The notes under the pieces are model-generated. The model was not told where the DNA came from and ran no database searches. It worked only from the letters and a program-made list of their open reading frames with translations. From Acholeplasmataceae bacterium (lineage in GTDB: Bacteria; Bacillota_I; Bacilli_A; Acholeplasmatales; Acholeplasmataceae), in NCBI GenBank assembly GCA_963675245.1, contig OY775910.1:1056001-1120000 (forward strand): DNA of 64,000 nt, written 5' to 3'. Shown piece after piece: positions 25,998 to 36,368 of this stretch. The first letter of the stretch is position 1, and the number at the start of each line of letters is the position of its first letter. The position numbers were made by a program, and so were the translations under genes.

Positions 25998-28169
25998 TTA
26001 TCTACTAAATAAGAAATTAAGTAATGGTTCTATTTCAACTAAGATAGGTACAAGAATCAAACTCACAATACTCATTAACTTAATTAAGATATCCATAGAA
26101 GGACCAGCTGTATCTTTAAATGGATCACCAACAGTATCACCAGTAACGGTTGCTTTATGAACCTCACTACCTTTACCACCTTCTTGACCTTCTTCAACGA
26201 GTTTCTTAGCGTTATCCCATGCACCACCAGAGTTAGCCATAAAGACGGCTAACATGATGGCAGAGACTAAACCGCCCATGAGCATACCGCCTAAGCCTTG
26301 AACACCGATTAAGATACCAGCAATGATAGGTGACAAGATCGCGATTAATGCAGGTAGTACCATTTCTCTTAACGCTGCTTTTGTTGAGATATCAACGCAT
26401 TTCGCATAATTAGGAATAGATTCACCTTTCATGATACCTGGATCATTTTTATATTGATCTCTCACTTCTTCAATCATTGCATTCGCTGCTTTACCAACAG
26501 ATTTAATGACAAGTGATGTAAATAAGAAAGGTAACATAGCACCAATGAATATACCAATCACTGTACCAGGTTGTAAAATATCGATTTCAGTAATACCGGA
26601 CGCTTTTTCAAAAGCAAAGAATAAACCAATCGACGTTAATGCTGCTGAACCAATACAGAATCCTTTACCAATAGCAGCAGTCGTATTACCCACTGCATCC
26701 AAATGATCGGTAATGTTTCTTACACTGCTATCTAATTTGCTCATTTCGGCAATACCACCGGCATTATCAGCAATAGGACCATAGGCATCTACAGCAATCG
26801 TAATACCTGCCGTAGATAACATACCTACAGAAGCTAAAGCTATCCCGTACATATCACCAACAAATAAATAAGATAAGACAATACCTAATGATAAGAGTAA
26901 TACGGTTAATAATGTGGATTGCATCCCCACTGAGAATCCCGCAATAATATTAGTGGCAGAACCAGTTCTTGATTGAACAACAATTTCTTTGACATGTTTA
27001 TGAGCACCAGATGTATAGTATTCAGCGATTAAGCCTAAACCAATACCAACAAGTAAACCAATCACAATCGCTAACCAAATGCCAATCCAACTCGCTTCTG
27101 CATGACCTTTAAAGAATAAAAGACTTAATACGAAGCTACCGATTAGCATAAAACCAACAGCGAAATATGTTGATAAATTTAATGCCCATTGGGGATGTCC
27201 CCAATGTTTCGCTCTAACTAAGAAAACAGCGAAAACAGCGGATAAAGCACCTAATCCAGAAATGACTAATGGAAAGATGACGGTTCCGATAACGGCATTA
27301 AAATCAGCAGCAGTAGGAACAGCAACAACAAATGCATATAACCCTAATGTTAAAGCAGAAATAATTGATCCGACATAACTTTCAGTAAGATCTGATCCCA
27401 TCCCTGCGATATCACCTACATTATCACCAACATTATCAGCGATAACAGCTGGATTTCTTGGATCATCTTCTGGGATACCTGCTTCAACTTTACCGACTAA
27501 ATCAGCACCGACATCAGCAGCTTTGGTATAAATACCACCACCAACACGTCCGAATAAGGCAATCATTGACGCACCAAGACCATACCCAGTGACAATGTGA
27601 ATCGCGTGACTTAACGCTTGAAATTGTTGGGCAGGATCATTATTGTTCCATCCACCATAAACCACATAAAAAGTATAGAATAACGCGATCAATCCGAATA
27701 GTCCAAGACCAACAACAGTTAGTCCTAAAACTGAGCCACCTGTGAAGGCAACACGTAATGCTTCTGGCATACCGTGTTTTCTAGCGTTATCGGTTGTTCT
27801 GGCATTTGATTTAGTAGCTGCAAGCATACCAATAAATCCTGCAAGACCAGAAAAAGATGCACCAACTATAAACGTGATTGAAGATCGCCAACCAACGCCT
27901 TCTGCACCTTGAAGTGATGGTATGAGTCCAATAAGTGCAAGAATCGCACCAACACCGATAGCAAAGATGGCGATAATCCGATACTGACGCTTCATATAAG
28001 CCATCGCGCCTTCGCGAATATATGAAGAAATCTCGTTAATACGTTCATGCTCTACGGTCATTTTATTTATTTTTCTTCTTAAAACTTGCGCATATAATAG
28101 CGCAATTAATGCTGAAAAAGCAGCAACTCCTAATAATATAGTCGTTACGTGAAACTGTTCAATTGGCAT
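25998..28169 (-). CDS. hppA: Membrane-bound pyrophosphatase, K+-dependent type (probably Na+-pumping)
   Basis: GGIYTKAADVGADLVGKVE, DNVGDNVGD, GNTTAA (Ala = K+-dependent), GDTVGDPFKD. Confidence 0.93.
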   Translation of the reverse strand: MPIEQFHVTTILLGVAAFSALIALLYAQVLRRKINKMTVEHERINEISSYIREGAMAYMKRQYRIIAIFAIGVGAILALIGLIPSLQGAEGVGWRSSITFIVGASFSGLAGFIGMLAATKSNARTTDNARKHGMPEALRVAFTGGSVLGLTVVGLGLFGLIALFYTFYVVYGGWNNNDPAQQFQALSHAIHIVTGYGLGASMIALFGRVGGGIYTKAADVGADLVGKVEAGIPEDDPRNPAVIADNVGDNVGDIAGMGSDLTESYVGSIISALTLGLYAFVVAVPTAADFNAVIGTVIFPLVISGLGALSAVFAVFLVRAKHWGHPQWALNLSTYFAVGFMLIGSFVLSLLFFKGHAEASWIGIWLAIVIGLLVGIGLGLIAEYYTSGAHKHVKEIVVQSRTGSATNIIAGFSVGMQSTLLTVLLLSLGIVLSYLFVGDMYGIALASVGMLSTAGITIAVDAYGPIADNAGGIAEMSKLDSSVRNITDHLDAVGNTTAAIGKGFCIGSAALTSIGLFFAFEKASGITEIDILQPGTVIGIFIGAMLPFLFTSLVIKSVGKAANAMIEEVRDQYKNDPGIMKGESIPNYAKCVDISTKAALREMVLPALIAILSPIIAGILIGVQGLGGMLMGGLVSAIMLAVFMANSGGAWDNAKKLVEEGQEGGKGSEVHKATVTGDTVGDPFKDTAGPSMDILIKLMSIVSLILVPILVEIEPLLNFLFSR

Positions 28170-28322
28170 TGTTCTGACCTCCCTTAAAGTAAGTGTATGC
28201 CTTTCATGTATTTAATTTGCGAAAAAAACGCCTTTGTTGACATTTTAACACAAAAAAAGCGGATTGAAACCGCTTTTTTTACATTTATATAAATATGTCT
28301 AATATATCAGTTTATCATCTCG

Positions 28323-30170
28323 TTATTTAAACAAAAGACGCAAACTATTCAAGATAACTAAGATGGTTGATCCTTCATGAGCGATCACCCCTTCAGGTAA
28401 CCTGATAATACCGAAGACATTACTTGTTAATAAGAAGAGAATAACAGTCACTGCGAAAATAATATTTTGTAATGTAATCACGCGCATTCTTTTTGATAGT
28501 TTAATGAGCTTTGGTAAGTTTTCAATACGGTTATTCATGAAAACAATATCTGCGGTTTCAAGAGAAACGTCAGTACCTGCACCCATCGCGACACTGACAT
28601 CAGCGGTTGCTAATGCAGGTGCATCATTAATACCATCACCAACCATCATCACTTTTCTACCTTCAGCCTTAAGTTTCTTTAATTCTGCAACTTTATCTTC
28701 AGGAAAACAATTGGCACGATATTGATCAATACCCGCTTCTTCAGCGATATATTTCGCTGTATTTTCATTATCACCAGTAACAAGGATGGTTTCAATACCA
28801 GCGGCTTTTAATTCAGCAATCGCTTCTTTCGCCTGATCTCTTAATGTATCCATTAAGGCTACATAACCAACGATATGATCATCTTTAATAATATTGACAA
28901 TAGAGTGTCCTAAAGATTGGCAACGTGTATAAGGCGCTTCTAATGATTGATCTAGGGTTGCATCAAATCTTCCGATCCGCCACACAGCGTTTTCAAAGTG
29001 AGCTTCCATCCCACGACCAGAGATTTCTTTTGAATTTAAGTCAAACGAATTGACATCACCATCCAAATAATCAACAATGGCTTTTGCGAGTGGGTGATTA
29101 GATTGTTTTTCTAGCGTCATTAATAAGGATAAAATATCATCTTTATTCACACGATCAATCATGTCAATACGGGCCACTTTAGGTTCCCCTGTAGTGAGTG
29201 TACCCGTTTTATCAACGATAATGGTGTCAACACCAATGAGTGATTCAAAATGTTGACCACTCTTTACTAATATTCTCTTACGGGCACCATTGGAAAGACT
29301 TGCTAGCATAGCTGGTGTGATGGACGCGACAAGCGCACAAGGTGAACCAACCACAAGCACGACTGTACCACGATAGAATGCTTCCGATGGCGTTAACCAA
29401 CCAGCAATAGAAGGGATAGTCATAAAACCAATAGCCATTAAAATAACGATATAGACATAATATTTTTCAATTTTGTCGATCAGTGATTGGCCATGAGTCT
29501 TATTTTCTTGTGCTTCTTGCACGAGATTAATAATTTTTTGAACAACTGATTCACTGGGATCTTTTTTGGTTTCAACGATGATGGTTGATTCAATATTGAT
29601 TGAACCAGCAAACACATCCTCATTTAGACCTTTAGAAACGGGCACATATTCACCTGTAATAGCTGCTTGGTCAATAGAAGAAGCACCATCAACAATCATA
29701 CCGTCAACTGGTATTTGTTGACCAACCTTAACGATCACGCGATCGCCAACTTTTAGTTCTTCAACAGGCACTTCAACTTCTCTACCGGCTTTAACGACAA
29801 TCGCTGTTTTTGGTGCTAATTTTAATAAACTAGTTAGATCTTTGTTACTTCTAGAGGTGGCATATGATTCTAGTACACCTGTGACAGCAAAGATGATAAT
29901 TAAGATGGCACCTTCTGCATAATTTTGAACGATAAATGCACCAAACGCAGCTAATATCATTAAAATTTCGACGTTGAGTGACTTTCTTTCAATTGTCTCA
30001 TGAATACCTTCTTTGGCTTTAGCAAATCCACCAATCGCAAAAGCAAGCGCATATAGTGTCACAACATACCATGTGGAAGCCACATTCTGTTCTAGTATAT
30101 ATGCCACTATAATCAATATAATTGACATAATGACGCTAATTGTTTCAATAATTAATTGTCTTTTATTCAT
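28323..30170 (-). CDS. Heavy-metal P-type ATPase, P1B-4 subgroup
   Basis: SPC motif, DKTGT, GDGINDAP, HEGST; no N-terminal metal-binding domain. Confidence 0.92.
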   Translation of the reverse strand: MNKRQLIIETISVIMSIILIIVAYILEQNVASTWYVVTLYALAFAIGGFAKAKEGIHETIERKSLNVEILMILAAFGAFIVQNYAEGAILIIIFAVTGVLESYATSRSNKDLTSLLKLAPKTAIVVKAGREVEVPVEELKVGDRVIVKVGQQIPVDGMIVDGASSIDQAAITGEYVPVSKGLNEDVFAGSINIESTIIVETKKDPSESVVQKIINLVQEAQENKTHGQSLIDKIEKYYVYIVILMAIGFMTIPSIAGWLTPSEAFYRGTVVLVVGSPCALVASITPAMLASLSNGARKRILVKSGQHFESLIGVDTIIVDKTGTLTTGEPKVARIDMIDRVNKDDILSLLMTLEKQSNHPLAKAIVDYLDGDVNSFDLNSKEISGRGMEAHFENAVWRIGRFDATLDQSLEAPYTRCQSLGHSIVNIIKDDHIVGYVALMDTLRDQAKEAIAELKAAGIETILVTGDNENTAKYIAEEAGIDQYRANCFPEDKVAELKKLKAEGRKVMMVGDGINDAPALATADVSVAMGAGTDVSLETADIVFMNNRIENLPKLIKLSKRMRVITLQNIIFAVTVILFLLTSNVFGIIRLPEGVIAHEGSTILVILNSLRLLFK

Positions 30171-30388
30171 TCATTAAGTCCTCCTGTTAATTTGATTACA
30201 GGTATATTATATCAAATGAAAACCACTAAATCTATAAATAAGAACCATATTTATTATAAATAAGAAGTTATTTAGAAAAGAAATAATTATATCTCTAGTC
30301 TTATATACATATTGTATCATTATTCAATTTTTTTAAGAACGTAAGGAAAGCCTAAATATGATATACTTTTTACGAGAGGTGAAAACAT

Positions 30389-30700
30389 ATGAATTTTAAC
30401 TATGAAAAAAACCGTATATTCGTCAATGATGAACAGGGAAAGATGATCGTAGAAGCGACATTCCCATTATATAAAGAAGGCGTCGTAGTCGTCGACCACA
30501 CGTATGTTGATCCAAGTTTACGTGGTCAAGGTGTAGCAAGTGATCTCATGAAAGCCGTATGTAAATATGTTGAAGAACAAGGCTTAAAAATAGTCGCGAC
30601 ATGCCCTTACGCAGTAGTTTGGTTTAAACGACATAAAGACTATGGTTATTTACGAGATGAAGATGCACAAGCAACTTTGTCACCAGAATGTCAAATATAG
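30389..30700 (+). CDS. Small GNAT (YjdJ-like) acetyltransferase
   Basis: DHTYVDPSLRGQGVA, ATCPY. Confidence 0.88.
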   Translation: MNFNYEKNRIFVNDEQGKMIVEATFPLYKEGVVVVDHTYVDPSLRGQGVASDLMKAVCKYVEEQGLKIVATCPYAVVWFKRHKDYGYLRDEDAQATLSPECQI

Positions 30701-30710
30701 GATGTAAGAT

Positions 30711-31337
30711 ATGAATAAACCGTTATTGATTTTAGTTGGTGGTGGATCCGCATCAGGAAAAAGCAGTATTGTTCAAGAAGTGTTAGAAGCTGCAGGTTTG
30801 AATGATGTCATCATTATTAAGCATGATGATTACTATTTGGACCAAACCAACCTGCCACTCGAAAAACGTTATCAAATGAATTATGACCATCCAAGTTCAC
30901 TTGACAATGAACTGCTTTTTGAAGACCTTGAAAAACTACTTGATTACAAACCTATTGAAAAACCTGTTTATGATTTTGAGGCGTTTACAAGAAGTGCTGA
31001 TATTGAACATATTGACCCTAAACCAATTATTATCATTGAGGGTATTCTTATTTTAGAAAATGCGAAAATTAGAAGTTTAGCAGATATTAAGTTATTTGTT
31101 ACCGCAGATGAAGATACACGGTTTATCAGACGTCTTTTAAGAGATATGAATGAACGTGGTCGATCAATTGATAGTGTGATCGCACAATATCAAAAGACGG
31201 TTAAACCAATGTTCCATAAGTATATAAAACCAACGAAACGCTACGCAGATATTATTATTCCAAATGATCAAAAACACGACATCGCTGTTGATTTAATTGT
31301 TGCTAAAATAAAACAGATTTTAGGTAAGCGATCATGA
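30711..31337 (+). CDS. udk: Uridine kinase
   Basis: GGSASGKS, NYDHP, RRLLRD, PTKRYADIIIP. Confidence 0.95.
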   Translation: MNKPLLILVGGGSASGKSSIVQEVLEAAGLNDVIIIKHDDYYLDQTNLPLEKRYQMNYDHPSSLDNELLFEDLEKLLDYKPIEKPVYDFEAFTRSADIEHIDPKPIIIIEGILILENAKIRSLADIKLFVTADEDTRFIRRLLRDMNERGRSIDSVIAQYQKTVKPMFHKYIKPTKRYADIIIPNDQKHDIAVDLIVAKIKQILGKRS

Positions 31338-31909
31338 AAATCATTGTTGCTGCCATGCCTGAAGAAGTCAAAAACATTAAAAATCACAATGTGATAGTTA
31401 CGGGTATTGGTAAAGTGAATGCAGCGTATAAACTCACAGAAAGATTAATGATTGATGATGTCAAAGCCATCTATAATGTGGGTTTTGCAGGTGCGAGTCA
31501 TCATTATGAAATTGGTGATATTATTATCGTTAAAGAAGCGAGATATCACGATTTTGATTTAACATTTTTCGGCTATGAAAAAGGTCAAGTACCACAATGT
31601 CCTGTCGCTTTTACATCTGATGATAAACTGCTTAATCAGGCTATTTCCCTTTTTCCAAATGCGAAGTTAAGTGAACTATTCACAGGAGATTACTTCATGA
31701 CAGAACATACTGATATTCCGTATGTTGTTGATATGGAAGGCGCAGCTTTATATCAGGTTGCTTATTTAAAGAAAATACCTATTATATCTATAAAAATTGT
31801 TTCTGATATTGTTGGTATGGATGACCATTATAAAAACTATAAAGCATTTGAGTCTGATCAAGGTGCGAAGGTTATCTCAGAGATTGTAGATCGTTTAGTA
31901 AAGGAGTGA
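31334..31909 (+). CDS. mtnN: 5'-methylthioadenosine/SAH nucleosidase
   Basis: AAMPEE, GIGKVNAA, DMEGAA, IVSD. Confidence 0.9.
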   Translation: MKIIVAAMPEEVKNIKNHNVIVTGIGKVNAAYKLTERLMIDDVKAIYNVGFAGASHHYEIGDIIIVKEARYHDFDLTFFGYEKGQVPQCPVAFTSDDKLLNQAISLFPNAKLSELFTGDYFMTEHTDIPYVVDMEGAALYQVAYLKKIPIISIKIVSDIVGMDDHYKNYKAFESDQGAKVISEIVDRLVKE

Positions 31910-31913
31910 TTTG

Positions 31914-32459
31914 ATGAAAGGGCTTATTGTGTTTAGTGATCGCATGGAAGATGTCGAAGCTTTGGCAACACGTGCTCTACTCGTACGTGCTGGTATTGAA
32001 GTTGATTCAGCAACCATTAATCCTTCACTTGAAGTGATGACAGCTTTTGGTTTAAACGTTAACGTTGATAAACCATTAAAAGATGTAAAGTCATCTGATT
32101 ATGATTTTCTAGTTATTCCTGGTGGTGCATATGTCTCACAAGTCGTTGATAAAGACAAAATAATCAAAAAACTAGCAACATCGTTTTTTGATCAGGATAA
32201 ATTAATATGTGCGATTTGTGCTGGTCCGAGGTTCTTAGGACAAGCTGATTTGTTAGATGGTAAAAAGTTCACGTGTTTTCCTGGTAGTGAAATCGATATG
32301 CCAAAGGGTAAATATCTACCTAAAAAGAAGGTCGTGAAAGATGGCAATATCATCACAGCACGTGGTGCTGGTGTCGTTTATGATTTCGCTTATGAAATCA
32401 CGAAGACACTCAAAGGAGAGCCAGCAGCAAAAGAATTATTGAAACGAATTCAGTATTAA
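31914..32459 (+). CDS. DJ-1/PfpI (ThiJ/YajL) family protein
   Basis: EDVEA, IPGG, AICAGP, DGNIITARG. Confidence 0.9.
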   Translation: MKGLIVFSDRMEDVEALATRALLVRAGIEVDSATINPSLEVMTAFGLNVNVDKPLKDVKSSDYDFLVIPGGAYVSQVVDKDKIIKKLATSFFDQDKLICAICAGPRFLGQADLLDGKKFTCFPGSEIDMPKGKYLPKKKVVKDGNIITARGAGVVYDFAYEITKTLKGEPAAKELLKRIQY

Positions 32460-32486
32460 AAAAATGATTTGAATAAACAAATCATT

Positions 32487-33053
32487 TTAGCTTGCTAGAG
32501 ATGCTAAAGCAATAACAAAGCTAATAATCGTAATAATCACTAAAAATATAACAAAACCATAGATGAAATTAACTTGTGAGGACATCTTATCAATCGCGAG
32601 CGTATTTTTGATTGTAATCTGTTCAATGATCTCATTATCACTTAATGGCGTTATTATTGTAAAAGTAAATGTATCTTTATAATAACCAAATTGATTATCA
32701 TAATAATACGAACTCACCCAAACACCATCAACACCATTCCTTTTTTCATAAACATGATCTGGTAGATTAGCGTAATTAGCTTTATAATAGGCTTCGATGT
32801 CATCAATGATAAGTGGATCTGTGATTTGTAAAGGTTCCTTTTTAACAAAAGGTGGTAATGTTTCTAGATGAGCATATTGCTCCTGATTATCTTCAAGAAT
32901 GTGTCCTTTTATTTGGAAATGAATATCACTAGGTAAATCTAATCCCTGGTAAAGCATCTCAGCATATGATGATATAAGTTTTTCATCAACAATGTCGCTC
33001 TTATGCTCAGTTAAAATACCTAATTCATTTAACGCTTTAGATTGATACATCAT
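32487..33053 (-). CDS. Hypothetical protein with C-terminal TM helix
   Basis: 188-aa ORF with GGGGAGGA RBS and hydrophobic C-terminus. Confidence 0.7.
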   Translation of the reverse strand: MMYQSKALNELGILTEHKSDIVDEKLISSYAEMLYQGLDLPSDIHFQIKGHILEDNQEQYAHLETLPPFVKKEPLQITDPLIIDDIEAYYKANYANLPDHVYEKRNGVDGVWVSSYYYDNQFGYYKDTFTFTIITPLSDNEIIEQITIKNTLAIDKMSSQVNFIYGFVIFLVIITIISFVIALASLAS

Positions 33054-33198
33054 AATTCCTCCCCGTTGTATACATTCATTTCATTCTATCATGAATGAAA
33101 AAAAGGGTCAATAAGCAGTAAAAAACAAGGATTTGACGATATCAAATACATTGATAAAACGTATTCATTATCTATTGATAAAATATTAATTGATTGTC

Positions 33199-33226
33199 TT
33201 GACATTTTATAATTTGTTGGTATAAT
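33199..33226 (+). promoter_or_regulatory. Promoter of the tRNA cluster
   Basis: TTGACA-16 bp-TATAAT with TG extension. Confidence 0.7.
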
Positions 33227-33247
33227 TATATGTGCTGCTAGTTTGTT

Positions 33248-33323
33248 GGCCCGTTGGAGAAACGGTTAACTCACATGCCTTTCACGCATGCATTCACGGG
33301 TTCGAATCCCGTACGGGTCACCA
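33248..33323 (+). tRNA. tRNA-Glu(TTC)
   Basis: Anticodon arm CATGC-CTTTCAC-GCATG; CCA end. Confidence 0.96.
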
Positions 33324-33377
33324 TCTTACCAACAACGCAGTAAGCGTTATACATATGAGTTATTTAACTCAGTTTAA

Positions 33378-33454
33378 GTACCCATAGCTCAATTGGATAG
33401 AGCGCTTGACTACGGATCAAGAGGTTGGGGGTTCAAGTCCTCTTGGGTACGCCA
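33378..33454 (+). tRNA. tRNA-Arg(ACG)
   Basis: Anticodon loop CTACGGA; CCA end. Confidence 0.96.
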
Positions 33455-33459
33455 TTTAT

Positions 33460-33536
33460 CGGGAAGTAGCTTAGCTTGGTAGAGCGCCTGGTTTGGGACC
33501 AGGAGGTCGCAGGTTCAAATCCTGTCTTCCCGACCA
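33460..33536 (+). tRNA. tRNA-Pro(TGG)
   Basis: Anticodon arm CCTGG-TTTGGGA-CCAGG; CCA end. Confidence 0.96.
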
Positions 33537-33543
33537 TTCAATT

Positions 33544-33617
33544 GCGGGCGTAGTTCATCGGTAGAACCTCAGCCTTCCAAGCTGATGAGGTGGGTTCGAT
33601 TCCCATCGCCCGCTCCA
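33544..33617 (+). tRNA. tRNA-Gly(TCC)
   Basis: Anticodon arm TCAGC-CTTCCAA-GCTGA; CCA end; anchors the downstream cassette array. Confidence 0.96.
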
Positions 33618-33662
33618 TAAGAGTAGAATAGGTCTGATACATTCGGTATCATACCTTTTTTT
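33615..33662 (+). repeat. Junction J1: CCA + TAAGAGTAGAATAGG + terminator hairpin
   Basis: CCATAAGAGTAGAATAGGT identical to 35371-35389; GGTCTGATAC/GTATCATACC stem + T run. Confidence 0.85.
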
Positions 33663-33695
33663 ATGCCTTTATTTAGCCGTTTCTATATTTTGACA

Positions 33696-33747
33696 TTGTA
33701 CTAAAATAGATAATTCCATAGATGTGAAATACCCTGTTTTGATACAA
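33696..33747. repeat. 52-bp imperfect palindrome (att-like), copy 1
   Basis: TTGTACTAAAATAGATAATTC...GAAATACCCTGTTTTGATACAA; same-length homologue at 37509-37560. Confidence 0.75.
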
Positions 33748-33770
33748 TTTTAGTAGAAATTAAGAATCCT

Positions 33771-33820
33771 TTACACGATTATATTTCAAAATACACGATT
33801 TAAATTGGATTTACACGATT
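33771..33820 (+). repeat. 3 x TACACGATT at exact 20-bp period
   Basis: Units start at 33771, 33791 and 33811; homologous triplets at 35511 and 37584. Confidence 0.85.
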
Positions 33821-33978
33821 TCAAAATTTTTAGGTTATAAGAGTTCTTTTAGTGTATAATATAACGTAGTATTTGGCCGTATTCGGCATATGCAACTTTC
33901 CGTTGCTAATATGTAAGTACATCTATTCTTGAGTAGGAATGTTCTTTTATGTAGTATTGAATCAAAGGAGGAATCAAC

Positions 33979-34308
33979 ATGGAATATTTTGGATTAAAAT
34001 TACAAACTTTAAGAAAAAAAGCATCTATGTCACAAGACGATTTAGCTTCATTAATAGGTGTTAGTAGACAAGCTATTAGTAAATGGGAAAGATCAGATGG
34101 ACTACCAGATTTATACAATGTCAAAAAAATTGCAGAGGTCTTCAATATCACTATTGATGAATTAATGGATATTGAGATAAAACCAATTGATATGGACAAA
34201 GTTAAAACAAATAAATTAGCACTTGCATTTTTAACTGTACCAGGAGCAATTTTAGCGTTTTTATCAATTATTGCTTTAATCGAATTTTTAGGAGGTATAG
34301 TGTTATGA
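33979..34308 (+). CDS. XRE-family HTH protein with TM helix
   Basis: LRKKASMSQDDLASLIGVSRQAISKWE. Confidence 0.88.
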   Translation: MEYFGLKLQTLRKKASMSQDDLASLIGVSRQAISKWERSDGLPDLYNVKKIAEVFNITIDELMDIEIKPIDMDKVKTNKLALAFLTVPGAILAFLSIIALIEFLGGIVL

Positions 34309-35171
34309 TTTTTCAAGGCGGATTTACAATCTCAACATTGTTTGCTTTAGTAGTACCAGTTATAGGTGTAACATATTTATTCTCGCTATATAATCTTTAC
34401 ATAGGTAGAAATGTTTTAAAACATAAGTACATTATTCTAGGAATGAACTTTACATTCTTGTTTGGGTATATTATTATTTTGTTCAATATACCTGAATACA
34501 ATCACATTCCACTTATAGTATTATTGATTTTGATTTTAGCTATAATAGTTTTAGGTATTATTGGTGGGTTTTTGTATGAACAAGAACGAAGTCGTAATTA
34601 TATTGATAAGTATGCTCATTTAACAAAAAGATTACTTTTTGCTGTAAAATCGACATATGGATTTGTTGGTCTAGTTTTTATTGCATTCTTTTCTTATACT
34701 TTGTTGACACATGAAATTGAAGTCGTAAACAGAATTTCATATTATTTTGAACAGCCAGATAATGTTGATACTCCATTGTATGGTTATGTCGAGGTGTCTA
34801 CTGATGATGAAGTTACTATTGTTGTTGAAGGTATACATTTGGATTACTCTATTGAGGAGATTAAACAAGTTGAAGTTTACATAAACGATACCTTAGTCCA
34901 CACAAGTGTTAATATTGAAGGGTTCTTGACTAATGAAAATTACAATAGTGAGTATATCGTAATAATTGAAGAACAACCTTCTCAAGGATTTATGTTGAAT
35001 TATGTTTTCGATTATGACTTTGATTCTATGGAAGATTTTGGATCAACTGTTAATGTTAGTATAGTGCTAAGTACTCAGGATAATGTATTCACTTATGATT
35101 ATTCTAGTGTGGATTATAGTTGTGGTTATCAAAACAAGATAGTACCAATTTGGATAAAAGAAGAAAATTAG
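34305..35171 (+). CDS. Membrane protein (about 4 TM + acidic extracellular domain)
   Basis: Hydrophobic N-terminal half; ATGA overlap with the HTH gene. Confidence 0.7.
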   Translation: MIFQGGFTISTLFALVVPVIGVTYLFSLYNLYIGRNVLKHKYIILGMNFTFLFGYIIILFNIPEYNHIPLIVLLILILAIIVLGIIGGFLYEQERSRNYIDKYAHLTKRLLFAVKSTYGFVGLVFIAFFSYTLLTHEIEVVNRISYYFEQPDNVDTPLYGYVEVSTDDEVTIVVEGIHLDYSIEEIKQVEVYINDTLVHTSVNIEGFLTNENYNSEYIVIIEEQPSQGFMLNYVFDYDFDSMEDFGSTVNVSIVLSTQDNVFTYDYSSVDYSCGYQNKIVPIWIKEEN

Positions 35172-35183
35172 ATGTTAGATTTA

Positions 35184-35418
35184 GGGTTTGATGCCCAGTA
35201 TTTAATAGATAGTTGAATAACCTATTTTGATACAAAGAAATTACTACCTGAAAAATATCCGAAAATAAAAAGCCTAAACTAAGCCATAATTTAGGGGTGT
35301 AATTTTTTCGGGTGGGGGTGTAAAAATTTTGGCTAGGGGTGTAAAATTGTAGCAAAATAGGTCATACAACCCATAAGAGTAGAATAGGTTTGATACAATT
35401 GTATCAGGCTTTTTTTTA
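35184..35418. repeat. Right-end module 1 + junction J2 (T-arm mimic, inverted 24-mers enclosing 3 x GGGGTGTAA, CCA, terminator)
   Basis: Near-identical to 37265-37432; GTTGAATAACCTATTTTGATACAA (35212-35235) / TTGTAGCAAAATAGGTCATACAAC (35347-35370). Confidence 0.9.
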
Positions 35419-35510
35419 CGCTATATAGCGCCGTTTCTCCATTCGCCAATATTTTTCGAAACTAAAAAACATACTAGTTTTAAGGGGTTTTTGACATTTC
35501 GATAGAATTT

Positions 35511-35560
35511 CTACACGAGTACATTTTAAAAAATACGATTTAAAATGGTTTTACACGATT
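35511..35560 (+). repeat. 3 x TACACGATT-like at 20-bp period, copy 2
   Basis: CTACACGAGT, AAATACGATT, TTACACGATT at 35511, 35531 and 35551. Confidence 0.8.
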
Positions 35561-35649
35561 TATTATACAAAGATATCATTGCACTTATTTTAATTCTATT
35601 GTATAATTATATTAGTAAGAAAGTAGGAAAGTGAGAAAAAGGTGATATT

Positions 35650-35949
35650 ATGATTATAGAATTAAGAAAGAAATCGCAGATTACGATACCTAAAGAAATT
35701 GTTGATCAATTACATCTCCAAGAAGGAGATCATCTTGAGATATCAGTTAAGGATGGTGCAGTCCTACTAGAACCGGTGGCAATATATTCTAAATCGTATA
35801 TTCAAAAATTAGAAGATACTGTTATGAGAATCAGTGAAGAACCAACCAAGTATAATGTTGGTCCTTTTAAATCTGTGGAAGATGCTATTAAATATTTAGA
35901 AGAATCTGATGAAGAAACTGAAGCTGCAGATAAAGTTAATAAACAATGA
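35650..35949 (+). CDS. AbrB/MazE/SpoVT-family antitoxin
   Basis: KSQITIPKEIVDQLHLQEGDHLEI; acidic tail; ATGA overlap with the toxin gene. Confidence 0.85.
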   Translation: MIIELRKKSQITIPKEIVDQLHLQEGDHLEISVKDGAVLLEPVAIYSKSYIQKLEDTVMRISEEPTKYNVGPFKSVEDAIKYLEESDEETEAADKVNKQ

Positions 35950-36212
35950 GATACGAAATACTGTTTTCAAATAAATTTAAGAAATCTTTTTCTAAACTTG
36001 AACTTTATGAAAAGAAATTATTCTATAAAAAGCTATCTTTATTTGTTGAAAATCATCAGCATCCCAGCTTGAGAACAAAAAAGATTCAAGGTAGCGAGAT
36101 ATTGTTTGAATCTAGCATAAATATGTCAATTAGAGTTATTTGGACATTTAAGGATGAATCCCTAATATTGATGTTAGATATTGGTCACCATGATATATTG
36201 AAAAGATTATAA
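35946..36212 (+). CDS. RelE/ParE-superfamily toxin
   Basis: FSNKFKKSFSKL, HPSLRTKKIQG, IRVIW, DIGHHDIL. Confidence 0.82.
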   Translation: MRYEILFSNKFKKSFSKLELYEKKLFYKKLSLFVENHQHPSLRTKKIQGSEILFESSINMSIRVIWTFKDESLILMLDIGHHDILKRL

Positions 36213-36368
36213 TGTTAAACTTTGGTTTTTTGAAAAAACCAGAGTTTTTTTGTAGTGAATTATTTTTTGTAAAATGTTATAATGTAAGAAAAATCTTACA
36301 AAAATTGTTGTATGTACTTGGTGGATGGATTATAAGATATATAATAAAATGGAAGCATCAGAGGAGGA

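Noticed and set aside
30233..30292. Fur/PerR-like box upstream of the P1B-4 ATPase
   Set aside because: A TATAAATAAGAA direct repeat is present, but the match to the consensus is too weak in very AT-rich DNA.
35104..35355. 83-aa minus-strand ORF with YTP repeats
   Set aside because: It is a translation of the non-coding GGGGTGTAA repeat module; the second module copy has no equivalent ORF in the track.
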